Source: the human T2T-CHM13v2.0 reference genome, Homo sapiens
Length of the DNA stretch: 64,000 nt
NCBI RefSeq assembly: GCF_009914755.1
Contig: NC_060929.1
Reading direction: 5' to 3' (one strand)
Shown here: positions 41,081 to 53,192 of the stretch, in pieces
How positions within the stretch are numbered: the first letter of the stretch is position 1
Layout: every line of letters begins with the position of its first letter
The notes under the pieces: generated by a model
What the model was told of the DNA's origin: nothing
The model's database searches: none
What the model saw: only the letters and a program-made list of their open reading frames with translations
Made by a program: the position numbers and the translations under genes

Positions 41081-43619
41081 GGTGAGATGACTTGGCAATC
41101 TGTAGAGAAGGCGGCCTTTGCAGAGATGGGCTGATGAGAGACTGGTCACACATCCTGCCTCCCAGGCCCTCCTCCTGTCTCTATCCCCTCCATGCTCAAT
41201 CTGGTTTTACCTCTGGACTTCATTTAGTGTACCTCTCACTTAGGCTGTTTTTGATAAGTATCTCTATAAGTGAATAGTTGCAAAAATTAAAAGAAATATG
41301 CCCTTTCCCTTTGCCCCTCCCTTTGTCAGTGAATTTCTGACTTAGGCTGTCTCATACTTATTTGCTTTAATAGCTGCTCTCTGCTTCTCTGTGGATACTT
41401 ACATTGTTTCTGAAGTGGGGACCAGGAAAGCAGCGCTCCCCAAGCTGTGGGGACACAAGGCTTTCCTCCACATGGCTCTCCTCCTCCTTGTGTGCTGGGC
41501 ACATTCATTTATCAGCCTGTCCTTCTCATAGGTATCCTCTTGGTCACAGCAGGCTCCAGGAGATTACTTGTCTCACTACTGAATTTTCTTTATATGATTT
41601 TTTTCTAAGTATGTATGAAATTATAGTCTTGAACTTTCCTTTTTCATACACAAACTAATCATTATGAAGCCCAATAATGATCCCTGAGGGAAAAACCACA
41701 TGGAGCAAAAGGGCTCAGACGTGGAGTGAGGGTGTTTGACAAGACATCATTCCCGGACCTGTGGATACAGTTCTCTCCAGGGGTCAGTAAACTACATTTT
41801 TATGACTTGAATTTGTTTTTCAGGATATTACATCATGGTTTCCCCAAAGCACAATTGTGTGCTGTCATGTCCATTTTTCATGTTCCATATCATTCCTAGA
41901 CTTAAAATAGTAAGCTCTGAGCATCATGTCTTACTGGTCTTATGACTTAAACACAGAAGAGGTGAAGGTTTAAAGAAAAACCAGACATACTCCATGAGCC
42001 AAAGGGACTGGTTTTCTATAATCTCTTTGATAAAAACCCTTTGACATTATTCTCATGGGTTATGTGACTATAGGCTGGTCAACTTGATTATTTTCCCTTG
42101 AGTATAATAAAAGTGTGTAGGAGAGATTCTCTTTAAATTTGAGATTTAAGTATGATTTCTCTCTCACAAGATAGAAGATGGATATATCTCATCATTTTAT
42201 TTTTGAGAAAGAAAGGCTTTGGTGTTCATTGTTTAAGTTAAAGCAGTCCTGTTCTTGGGCCAAGAACAAGAAAAAAGAACAAAGGAAAGGACTGGAAACA
42301 TTTACTTCTCAAAAAAGGATGAGAAATATTACTTTCTGTCTTCTAGTAAAAATCTGTTCTTCAGAAAGATTCAAATATTCCTTCACACTAAAGTGAAAGT
42401 GACCGAACACAGCTTAAATATGATTTCTCCCAAAGGAAGTTGTAGGTTTACATAGACCAAATCTTTACAGAGGACTCTCCCAATTCTTGATGTACCTATT
42501 TTTTTGGTCTGTTTGCTTCTATTTAAAATACATAATGAATTTTGTTCCAGAAAAAAAAATTTAAGGCCACATATTACACAATAAGAAAATAAATTTAAAA
42601 ATAAGTAATTGAGAACATTAGGATGACTTTGAATATTCAGAGTTTTGGTTTTCAGAGAAAAGAGGAAATAACTGTATTTTGTTGTTGTTAGAAAACTCTT
42701 ATTTTACCTTGAAATCTTAGCAGAGCAGGGATGGGATGGGGTCACTAACTCCACCTACAGCAGACCAACCTTTCAACATATGTCAATAATTTTATGGTGA
42801 AAATATTTTTCTCTCTCAGCTTGTTTGAGCATTTAGTACAGTTTACTATTCCAGCTTTAGTTCTCCGGTAGCCTTCTCTTTGGTTACTTATTAACCTCCC
42901 TTTAAAGTACAACTTAGTCTAGAAAGGTACAAAGTTCAGTTACTGTTACTATTGTTCTTGAATATGATAATAAATAAGGCCACTCTATAACTGGAAATGC
43001 CTTCTAAAACATATTTGTAGATAAAACAGCTAGTCTGGGGGCATCGGCGCTGAACACCAGCTTTCTCAGAGGTAACCCTGCAGTAACAGGACAAAGCTGC
43101 CCGTGTGAATGGGAAGTTTGCATGATACCTGTACCCCAAATCACCCATGTGCTTCACTCCCATCTTCCACCTTCTCCTTTCTCTATTATTATCCTTATAA
43201 GGATAGGATGTCAAAGGAGATCAAATATTGCCCCAGGGGAATCCAGAAGGAAGAAAGCAGTAGATGTCCTCCTCTCTATAGATATGTCTATTTTGAAATT
43301 CATTTAAGATGATGATTGCTCAGAATCCAGAATTCAAACCGAAAAAGGGCTAGTCAGTTTTCCCCCATTTGGAGTAGTGGAAAAAGTTGCCCTAGAACAC
43401 TAGAGTAAGTTTCTAGATGCTATATCTGCCAACCGGAAAGAGACTGTGTCCCTTACTTGCCTTCCCAGAACCTAGAACAGTACCTGGAACATCATATGTG
43501 TTCAATAAACAGATAATGAGTGTAATGGGAGCTCTAAGGTACTTTTTAGATACAGGATATCCTTTAATTCTTACCTGTTAATTGAACACAAATAAGCTCC
43601 TGCTTCTTCTTATACTGTG

Positions 43620-43820
43620 TTGATCAAGGATGCTCAACTCTGGAATCTAATTGCCTGCATTCAAAACATGTCTTCCTCACTTACTAGCTGTATAATATGG
43701 GGAAATTGCTTAGTTCCTCTGTGGCTTAGTTTCCTTACTGTAAAGGGGTTGTTAGGAGAAGTAAATGACATATTAAATGCTTAGCACAGCACTAGACACC
43801 CTTAGCCTAATAAATGTTGG
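43620..43820 (+). mobile_element. MIR, preceded by an L2 3' end at ~43430-43520
   Basis: 'cacttactagctgt...ttagtttccttactgtaaa'; 'cagtacctggaacatcatatgtgttcaataaa'. Confidence 0.6.
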
Positions 43821-44309
43821 CCAGCAGCCACAGTATGTTATCCCCAGCTTAAGTCTGATCTACTATAAAACTATAAAGGAAGGTTCTTTTTGGCTAGAAA
43901 TAATAGGAATTTAAAGGAGTTAAACACAGATTCACATCTACGTGTGGCTTTTCAAGTCATGTAATAATAAAAGAGCATTGAAAAGGACTGCTTTCCAGAG
44001 AAAAGTAGGCAGATATCCAAAGTATTTTTGAGTCAGGAATAAATGTTGGTGAATTAGTCTATTCAAAGAGATGTTTAGAATTATCTGCAATAAAATGAAT
44101 TATTTTCCTACTATAATAAAAAATAAAAATAATTTTAAAAGCTTTATGAGATTTCACTTTGAAGTTATTTTTCTTTAACAAATATGCCATTCACTCAACA
44201 ACTATTTATTTAGCAACTATGTGCTAAGTGTTGTGTTTGGTGCTAGTGCAGGAAAACGAAAAAGGAATAGAGCCTGTTTCTAATGAGTTTAGAGAATAAA
44301 TATTTAGCT

Positions 44310-45125
44310 AAATAGTACTCTCCAAAATAGTTATCCTGGGATCCTGCACATTAATTCCAATATTGCTGCTGTTGCTCGACACTTTCAAACAACTCTTGGG
44401 CAATGCCTTCAGAATCAATGCACGAGCCACACAGAAACAGCAATGACCACTTTACTTTTTGAAAGGACCAATATTCAGTGGATATTAAAAACCCATATTC
44501 TCCTTTATTGGTTGGTAAATGCCACAGCTCAGAAACCCCAATGTGTCCACTCATCCCCACTCCTACATTTTTCCCTATGGGACCACCTAGAACATTTCAA
44601 ACACCTCGTAATCCAGCTACTGTAGAGTTAATACATGGATCTGGGTTAAGGTCCTCCAGGTCCCTGCTCCAATACCACCAGTTCTGACTGCTCGGTGTTC
44701 AGCCTTAGCTATTGTTGAATGTGTTGAATATTACCCCTAATATAAAGTGTCACAGTGCATCCCCCAATCTACTGTCCTGTCTACTTCTTTCTCCTTGATG
44801 CCCCCAGGGCCCCATCTCCTACGGTAGGTTGTTTTTAATTATTGATTAGACAAATCCAACTTTAAGGGGCAAAGTTTGGCTATCTTTTGAGATATTTGTT
44901 TAAAATAAGATGAAATAAAAATAAAATAAAATAAAATAAGATGAAATAGCTTAAAGACAGTTCCAAAAGAGAGGTCCTAAAATTGTTCTGAGCAAAGGGA
45001 AATGTCATTGAAACTAGTCTGAGGTCTCCCAAGGTGACTACATAGAGGAGATGACATTCATTTTGTATGTAAATGCTGGTGCTTTTATGAATACAACCAA
45101 TGATATCAGGCCAATTACTTTATCT
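44310..45125. mobile_element. MARNA-like mariner-derived element with diverged inverted arms and an unclassified middle
   Basis: Left arm 'tagttatcctggga...ttccaatattgctgctgttgctc...aatgccttcaga' roughly complements right arm 'acagttccaaaagag...gagcaa...tctcccaaggtgactac'. Confidence 0.5.
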
Positions 45126-46324
45126 TGAATATTAGATGAATGTCTAATTTTAGAAAAGTTGTATTTTAAAGTCACAAAATCTTCACTTAGGAGCATTCTT
45201 AAAACCTAATACATTTTTTTCCAGTTAATATGATATTATTAACATATAAAGGGTATGATAGACATATTTATCCCAGTAGCATTTTGGAATTCCTAATACC
45301 TACATATAAAAATAAAATAACAATGAATATTTTTTCCAGTGACATTATGATTCAGAATTATTCAACATTATATAAAATATGACATAATTGTGGAGGAAAG
45401 AGTTTTTCTCATGGGAAATGTAAATTCAGAAGAGAGTTGTAATAGATTATGCTTATTTTTAATAGGATGACTTGTATGAGAGGATTTATTTAATTTTGCT
45501 TTGTTATAAGACAAAAAAACAAAAATACAAATTAGCAAAACAAAACAAAACTTTCTGAAGACAAAATTATTATTGATTGGTGGGACAGTTTTTGAGAGGC
45601 GTGAATATCTGGTATTTGTGCAAAAGATAGCATTGACTTTAGGTTGCATTGGCTGGAAAGTTGATAAATGGTGCTTAACCAAAAGTTTTACTCATTCAGC
45701 TGCTAAATCAGTGGTATGAAAATTAGATCTTTTTCCCTAATGATAGTGAATCCAGTAGATAGCATTAATTCCTCCTATAATATTGACTGTTGAACTGAGA
45801 TGTATTTGTTGAATGAATGAGTGCATAGTTGATCATTATTAAGAATTATATATCTTTTTGAATCCTTTCTTAGGACTTCATTTATTTTAAAGATAATAAT
45901 TTTTATTGATTTTTCTTGCAAAAATAATTACAAGTTCATATAAAATTTCTACAACTGAGATAAGCAAAAAGATTACTCACAGTTCCCACCATCTGTAAAT
46001 AACCACCTTAGCATCTTTGTGTGTGTCTTGACATCTATTTTCTGTTTTTTTAGGTGTAGGTGTATATGTGACTGTGTTTGATTTACAAAAAAAGATCACA
46101 TTATGCACAACCTTTTTTTTTTACATAATATATCGTGATCACCTTTCCACATATGCCCTTAAATAGTCTTCTACAGCATTATGTTTAGTGACTGCATTGT
46201 TTCACCAGTCTTCTGTTATTGGGCATTTAGGTTGCTTTTAATCTTTTCATTATTATGGTGTAGAGACTTTTAGCTATTCCACAAATTTTTTTTTTGCTTT
46301 TTTGTAGAATTATTTCCTTGGACA

Positions 46325-46738
46325 GCTTAGTTAAGTCTGTGGATCCCTTCTCAGAATAATATGTTCTTTTTCATAGAAAATACAGGGTTACAAAGGACAC
46401 AAATTATATTGAAAGGGTTACAAAAATATTTTTTAAATTTGTGACATATGTGTTTATTTGTAAACATTTGATCTAGTGGCACATCTAATTTTAACTAGTG
46501 ATGAGCATAAATGAAATTTGATATACCTGAAACAATTAAAATGCAATATAAAAGTAGCTGCTGTTCTCTTTATTTCATTGTGATTTCCTGCTTACATTAA
46601 TAATAGAAGAAAATGCTAAATTTCAGTTAGAGGTTAATTAAAATAAATATATGCAATATTTTTCCTGCCTAAACTCATGGATCACTTGATTTTATCCACA
46701 AACCCTCATAGCCACATATCTCAGATTAAGAACCTCTG
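46325..46738. mobile_element. hAT-Charlie-type DNA transposon fragment (MER119-like)
   Basis: 'tggatcccttctcagaataat...ttacaaaggacacaaattatattgaaa' and terminus 'cagattaagaacctctg'. Confidence 0.5.
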
Positions 46739-48034
46739 TGAATATATCAGATGAACTTGGAAGCATTTAATAATAATAATAAGGGAGAAGTACCTATGTT
46801 CCCCAAAGATGTGCAATATGGACTTTAAAAAGTTGGTACTAAACTTGGTGAAACTGATGGAGGTTGAGAAAACATAATCTGTAAAACAAATAGACCGGGC
46901 TGATGAGTAATGGTGGAAGAAACCTAGGAGGAGTTGTGGGAAGCTAATTATGAGTAGGGTTTCGAAGGAATGGAACAGCAGAGAAAAACCCTGCTATTTC
47001 AGGCTTCTAATGAAAAGACATTGTGTTATTGAAAAGGGGAGAGTGATCTTTTCTCTTAACTTAGTAAAACCCAAATGTCCCAGTCTCAACAACCAATGAC
47101 TGCCATATATTTTCTTATTTCCTCTTAATACCCAAGTGATATGAACCCCAGTCTCACAGACCAGCCTGATTGCAGGAAACTGGCCCCTTCCCTCATAGGT
47201 TTCATCCGCTTTCCAGCACCAAGCAGGTGCTGGTTTGAGTGTGTCCAGGATAGAGCAGCTGTTTCCTGATGTTTTATTTAGGCTTTCTACAAAGCTACCA
47301 CACAGCTATCTCTGTTGTAATGACCTTTGTGAGGTGTCTACACTGATGCACAAAGATGATTTTACCATCTCTATGACTCTTGGGTAAGGAGGACAGGGGT
47401 TCTCTTTGTAAACTTAGCTACTTTGTCCAAAGTGAAAACTAGGTCCTCTACTAATTCCACACAGTAGAAACCAGGCTACAAGTTCCCACAGAACTTCATG
47501 GAGCATGGGGTGTAGTCAGGCATAATGTTGGGAAGTACCACACAGAATAGATGACATCCAGGACATCCTCTAGCCCTGTCCCAGGGTTGCTAAAGGGACT
47601 GCTGCTCACCCTCCAGCTCAGTCTGGGAGTATTTAAATCCTCCCAGGAGGCCCACAGAAAGAAGTGAGTTTTCCTTCTCCAGTGAAAGTCCCCCTGCCCC
47701 TGCCCCCAGAATCTGTATATTTTCAGTTCAGGCTTCTCCTAGGATTGACAGTGGTAATACCATATCAGGAAGACTCCAGCTGTACCTATAGAGGTTGGCC
47801 TATGATCTTCAGGGCTACACATAATTTGCATCAGAATTTATTAGTCCAGCATCTATATATTCTGGATTATTTAGTCCTCAATAGCATCATGAGTATGAAT
47901 TCCAAAGTTCAACCTGTTTCTTTTTTACATTTCCTTTCCAGTATGTGGTAAAGCTTATATCTGCATATCCTTTTTATAGTCTTTAAATTCAAGTCTTCTC
48001 AAACAACTGACGTGACAAGGACAAATACGCCATC

Positions 48035-48283
48035 TCTTTTGTTCATTTTCTAATTCAATGGTTTGTTTTTTCACTCTTGAGTTTTAAGAGTACTTTATAC
48101 ATTCTGGATACTAGCCCTTTGTTAAATATGTGGTTTGCAAGTATTTTCTCCCCAGTCTGTAGCTTGTCTTTTCAGCCTCTTTATGGTCTTTTGCAGAGCA
48201 AACATTTTCATTTTGATGAAGCCCACTTTATCAATTTTTCCTTTTATGAATTGTGCCTCTGGTGTCAAGTCTAAGAACTCTTT
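48035..48283 (-). mobile_element. L1M element, 3' part; host of the U6-L1 insertion
   Basis: 'tgagttttaagagtactttatacattctggatactagccc'; resumes at 53193. Confidence 0.75.
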
Positions 48284-51200
48284 CTTTAAACTTTTATTTC
48301 AGGCTCAGGGTACATTTGCAGGTTTGTTCTGTAGATAAATTGTGTGTTATGGGAGGGTAGTGTACATATGATTTCATCACTTAGGTAATAAGCATAGTAC
48401 CTGATAGGCAGTTTTTTGATCCTCACCCTTCTCCCACCCTGCACAAGTAGGCCTCCGTGTCTCTTGTTCCCTTCTTTGTGTCTGTGTTTACTCAATGTTT
48501 AGCTCCCACTTATAAGTGAGAACATTTGGTGTTTGGTTTTCTGTTACTGTGTTAGTTCATTTAGGAAAATGGTCTCCTGCTCCATACATGTTGCTGCAAA
48601 GGACATGATCTCATTCTGTTTTTATGGCTGTGTAGTATTCTATGGTATATATGTAGCACATTTTCTTTATCCAGCCTATGACTGATAGGCATTTAGGTTG
48701 ATTACAGGTCTTTGCTATTCTGAATAGTACTTTGACAAACATACATGTGCATATGTCTTTATAGTAGAATGATTTATATTCCTTTGGGTATATACCCAAT
48801 ATGAGATTGCTGGGTGCTGGGTCAAATGGTAGCTCTATTTTTAAATACTTTGAGAAATCACCAAACTGCTTGAAATTAGTGGCTGAACTAATTTACAACA
48901 GTGTGTAAGTGCTCCCTTTTCTCTGCAGCCTTGCCATCATCTGCTATTTTTTTTTAAACATTTTAATAGCCATTCTGAATGATGTCGGATAGTATCTCAT
49001 TGTGGTTTTAATTTGCATTTTTCTAATGATTAGGGATGTTGAGAATTTTTTGAATGCTTTGTGGCTGTGTATATATCTTCTTTTGAAACGTGTTTATGTC
49101 TTTTGCCCCCTTTTTAATGGTGTTATTTGTTTTTAGATTGTTAAGTACCTTATGGATTATAGATAGTAGACTTTGTCAGATGCATAGGGTGCAAATATTT
49201 TCTCCTGTTGTGTGAGTTGTCTATTTACTCTGTTGATAGTGTCTTTTGCTGTTCAGAAGCTCTTTAGTTTAATTAGGTCCCGCTTGTCAATTTTTGTTTT
49301 TCTTACAATTGCTTCTGGCATCTTCATCATAAAGTCTCTGCCAAGGCCTATGTCTAGAATGGTATTTCCTAGGTTTTCTTCTGGGATATTTACAATTTTT
49401 GGTTTTATACTTAAGTCTTTAATCCTTCTTGAGTTGATTTTTGTATATGGTATAAGAAAGGGGTCCAGTTTCAATCTTCTGCATATGGCTAGCCAGTTCT
49501 CCCAGAACAGTTTATTTAATAGGCAATTCTTTCCCCATTGTTAATTTCTGTCAGTTGTGTCAAAGATCAGATGGTTGTAGGTGTGCGGCTTTATTCCTGG
49601 GCTCTCTATTTTGGTCCTTTGGTCTATGTGTCTAATTTTGTACCAGTGTCATGCTGCTTTAATTACTGTAGTCTTGTGGTATAGTTTGAAGACAGATAAT
49701 GTGATGCCTCCGGCTTGTTCTTTTTGCTTAGGATTGTCGTGGCTATTTGGGCTCTTCATATTAGTTCTCTATGAAGTTTAAAATAGTTTTCTCTAATTCT
49801 GTGAAAAATGTCGTTGGTAGTTTGATAGGAATAGCATTGAATCTGTAAATTGCTGTGGGCAGTATGGCCATTTTAACAATATTGATTCTTCCTATCCATG
49901 AGCATGGAATGTTTTTCTATTCATTTGTGTCATCTCTGACTTCTTTGAGCAGTGTTTTGTAGTTCTTGTAGAGATCTTTCCTCTCCCTGGTGAGCTTCAT
50001 TCCTAGGTATTGTATTTTTTTGTGGCTATTGTGAATAGGATCACATTCTTGATTTGGCCCTCAGCTTGGACATTATTACTGAATAGAAATGCTACTGATT
50101 TTTGCACATTGATTTTGTATCCTGAAACTTTGCTGAAGTTGTTTATCAGATTTAGGAGCTTTTGGGCAGAGACTATAGGGTTTTCTCAGTATAGAATCAT
50201 ATCATTTGCAAACAGAGATAGTTTGACTTCCTCTCTTCCTATTTGGATGCCTTTTATTTCTTTCTCTTGCCTGGTAACTCTGGCTAGGATTTCCTGTACT
50301 GTGTTGAATAAGAGTGGTGAAAGGGGGCATCTTTGTCTTGTTCTGTTGTCAAGGGGAATACTTCCAGCTTTTGCCCATTCAGTAGGATGTTGGCTGTGAG
50401 TTTGTCATAGATAGCCCTTATTATTTTGGAATATGTTTCTTCAATGCCTGGTTTGTTGCAAGTTTTTAACATGAAGGGATGCTGAATTTTATTGACTGCC
50501 TTTTCTGCATCTATTGAGATGATCATGTGGTTTTTGTTTTTCATTCTGTTTATGTGATGAATCACATTAGTTTGTGTATGTTGCACCAACCTTGCATTCC
50601 AGGGATAAAGCCTACTTGATGGCAGTGGGTTAGCTTTTTGATGTACTGCTGGATTTGGTTTGCTATTATTTTGTTGAGGATTTTTGCATCTATGTTCATC
50701 ATGGATATTGGCCTGAAGTTTTTGTTGTTGTTGTGTCTCTGCCAGGTTTTGGTATCAGGATAATGCTGGCTTTATAGAATGAGCTGGGGAGGAGTCCCTC
50801 CTTTTCAACTTTTTGGAAAAGTTTAAGTAGAAATGGTACCAGCTCTTCTTTATGTGTCTAGTAGAATTCAGTGTGAATCCATCTGGTTCTGGGCTTTTTC
50901 TGGTTGTTAGGCTTTTTATTAGGGATTCAATTTTGGAACTCATTATTGGTCTGTTCCAGGTTTGAATTGCTTCCTGGTTCAGTTTGGGAAGTTGTATGTT
51001 TTCATGAATTTAGCTCTTTCTTGCAGGTTTTCTAGTTTGTGTGCAGGTTTTCTAGTTTGTGTGCATACATGTGTTCATAATAGCCTCTGATTTTTTTTTT
51101 TTTCTGTATTTCTGTGGGGTCAGTGGTAATGTCCCCTTTGTCATTTCTGATTGTGTTTATTTGGATCTTCTCCCTTTTTTTTTCCTTTATTAGTCTAACT

Positions 51201-53085
51201 AGCAGTTAATCTATCTTATTTATCATTTCAAATAGCCAACTTATGGTTTTATTGATCTTTTGTATGCTTTTCTGCATCTTAATTTCTTTTAGTTCAGTTC
51301 TGATTTGGGTTATTTCTTGTTCTGTTAGCTTTAGGATTGGTTTGCTCTTGTTTTTCTAGTGCCTCAAGGTGTGATGTTAGGTTACTAATATGAATGAGAT
51401 CTTTTTAACTTTTCAGTGTGGGTGTTTGATGTTATAAACTTTCCTCTTAATACTGCTTTAACTGTGTCCCAGAGATTCTGGTATGCTATATCTTTGTTCT
51501 CATTAATTTCAGAGAATTTCCTGATTTTTGCTTTAATTTCATTGTTTACCCAAAAATCATTCCAGAGAAGACTGTTTAATTTCCATGTAATTGTATGGTT
51601 TTGAGTAATCTTCTTGGTACTGTTTTCCATTTTTATTGCACTATGGTCTGAGAGTGTGTTTGGTATGATTTTTTTTTAATTCGCTGAAAATTGTCTTATG
51701 GCTGATTATATGATCAATTTTAGAGTATATGACATGTGCAGCTGAGAAGAATGTATGTTCTGCTCTTTTGGGGTACAGAGTTCTGTAGATATCTGTTAGG
51801 TCTATTTGGTTACATGTTGAGTTCAGGTCCTGAATATCTTTGTTAGTTTTCTGCCTTAATGATTTGTTTATTACTGTTGGTGGGATGTTGACATCTCCTA
51901 TTATTATTGTATTGTTATCTATGTCTCTTCACAGGTCTCTAACAAGTTGTTTTATGAATCTGGGTGCTCCTGTGTTGGGTGCATATATATTTAGGGTAGT
52001 TAGGTCTTCCTGTTGAATTGAACCCCTTACCATTATGTAATGCCTTTGTCTCTTCTGATATTTGTTGGTTTAAAGTCTGTTTTGTCTGAAATTAGAATAG
52101 GAGCCCCTCCCTTTTTTTTCTGTTTTCCATTTGCTTGGTAGATTTTTTTCCATCCGTTTACTTTGAGCTTATTGGGTCATTGTATGAGATGGGTCTCTTG
52201 AAGACAGGATACAGTTAGGTCTTACTTCTGTATCCAACTTGCCACTCTGTGCTTTTTAATTGAGCATTTAGTACATTTACCTTCAAGATTAATATTGATA
52301 TGTGCAGATTTGATCCTGTCATCATGTTGTTAGCTGGTTATTATGCAGACTTGATTGTGTAGTTGCTTTATAGTGTCAATGGTCTATGAAATTAAGTGTG
52401 TTTTTTTAGTGGCCAGTAAGTCTTTTGTTTCCATATTTAGCACTCCCTTAAGGACCTCTTGTAAGGCAGGTCTGGTGATAATTAATTCCTTTAGTGTTTG
52501 CTTGTCTGAAAAGAATCTTATTTCTCCTTTACATATGAAGTTTAGTTTGGCTGGATATGAAATTTTTTATTGGAGTTTCTTTTCTTTAAGAATATTGAAT
52601 ATAACCGCACCCCCCGCCCACCCCACCCAATCTCTTCTGGCATGTAGGATTTCTGCTGAAAAGTCCATTATTAGCCTGTCAAATTTCCCTTTGTAGGTGA
52701 CCTTCCCCTTCTATCTTCCTTTATATTTTTCCTTTTATGTCAGTCTTGGAAAATCTGAAGACTGTGTGTCTTGGGGGTGGTTGTCTTGTACAGTATCTCA
52801 CAGGCATTTTTTACATTTTCTGAATTTAAATATTGGCCTCTGTAGTAAGGTTGGGGAAATTTTCATGGATGATATACTCAAATATGTTTCCAAGTTGCTT
52901 ATTTTCTCTCTCTCTTTCAGGGATGCCAATGAGTCATAGATTTGGTCTATTTATGTAATCCCATAATTCTCAGAGGTTTTTTTTTTCATTAAGATATTGT
53001 CTTTTCTTTATATTTGTCTGACTGAGTCAGTTCAGACAACCAGTCTTTGAACTCTGAGAGTCATTCCTCAGCTGGGTCTATTTTG
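48284..53085 (-). mobile_element. L1PA15/16-like LINE, ~4.8 kb (3' UTR, decayed ORF2, 3' part of ORF1), 5'-fused to U6
   Basis: ORF2 fragments ('[13 protein letters not shown]', '[19 protein letters not shown]'); ORF2 start ~52300; ORF1 C-terminal 'TRPALQEVL'-like sequence ~52460; 17-bp TSD at 48267-48283 and 53193-53209. Confidence 0.93.
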
Positions 53086-53192
53086 AAAATTATGGAACGC
53101 CTCATGAATATGTGTGTCATCCTTGTTCAAGGGCCATGCTAATCTTCTCTGTATCATTCCAGTTTTAGTATATGTGCTGCCAAAGAGAGCAC
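53086..53192 (-). pseudogene. Full-length U6 snRNA retrocopy, the 5' part of a U6-L1 chimera
   Basis: Minus strand GTGCTCTCTTTGGCAGCACATATACTAAAACTGGAATGATACAGAGAAGATTAGCATGGCCC...GCGTTCCATAATTTT; about 11 substitutions and 1 insertion versus U6 by eye; ACAGAGA box intact. Confidence 0.95.

Noticed and set aside
47213-47233. 8-bp hairpin ccagcacc-aagca-ggtgctgg in an unclassified GC-richer stretch (~47000-48030)
   Set aside because: Short stems occur by chance in 64 kb, and I could not assign a family or function to the region.
51022-51066. 20-bp tandem duplication (similar one at ~6272-6316)
   Set aside because: Common slippage duplications inside decayed L1 sequence.
53086-53192. Functional U6 snRNA gene
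   Set aside because: About 10% diverged, fused to L1 inside a TSD, and the upstream flank is L1M sequence with no recognisable PSE/TATA promoter.
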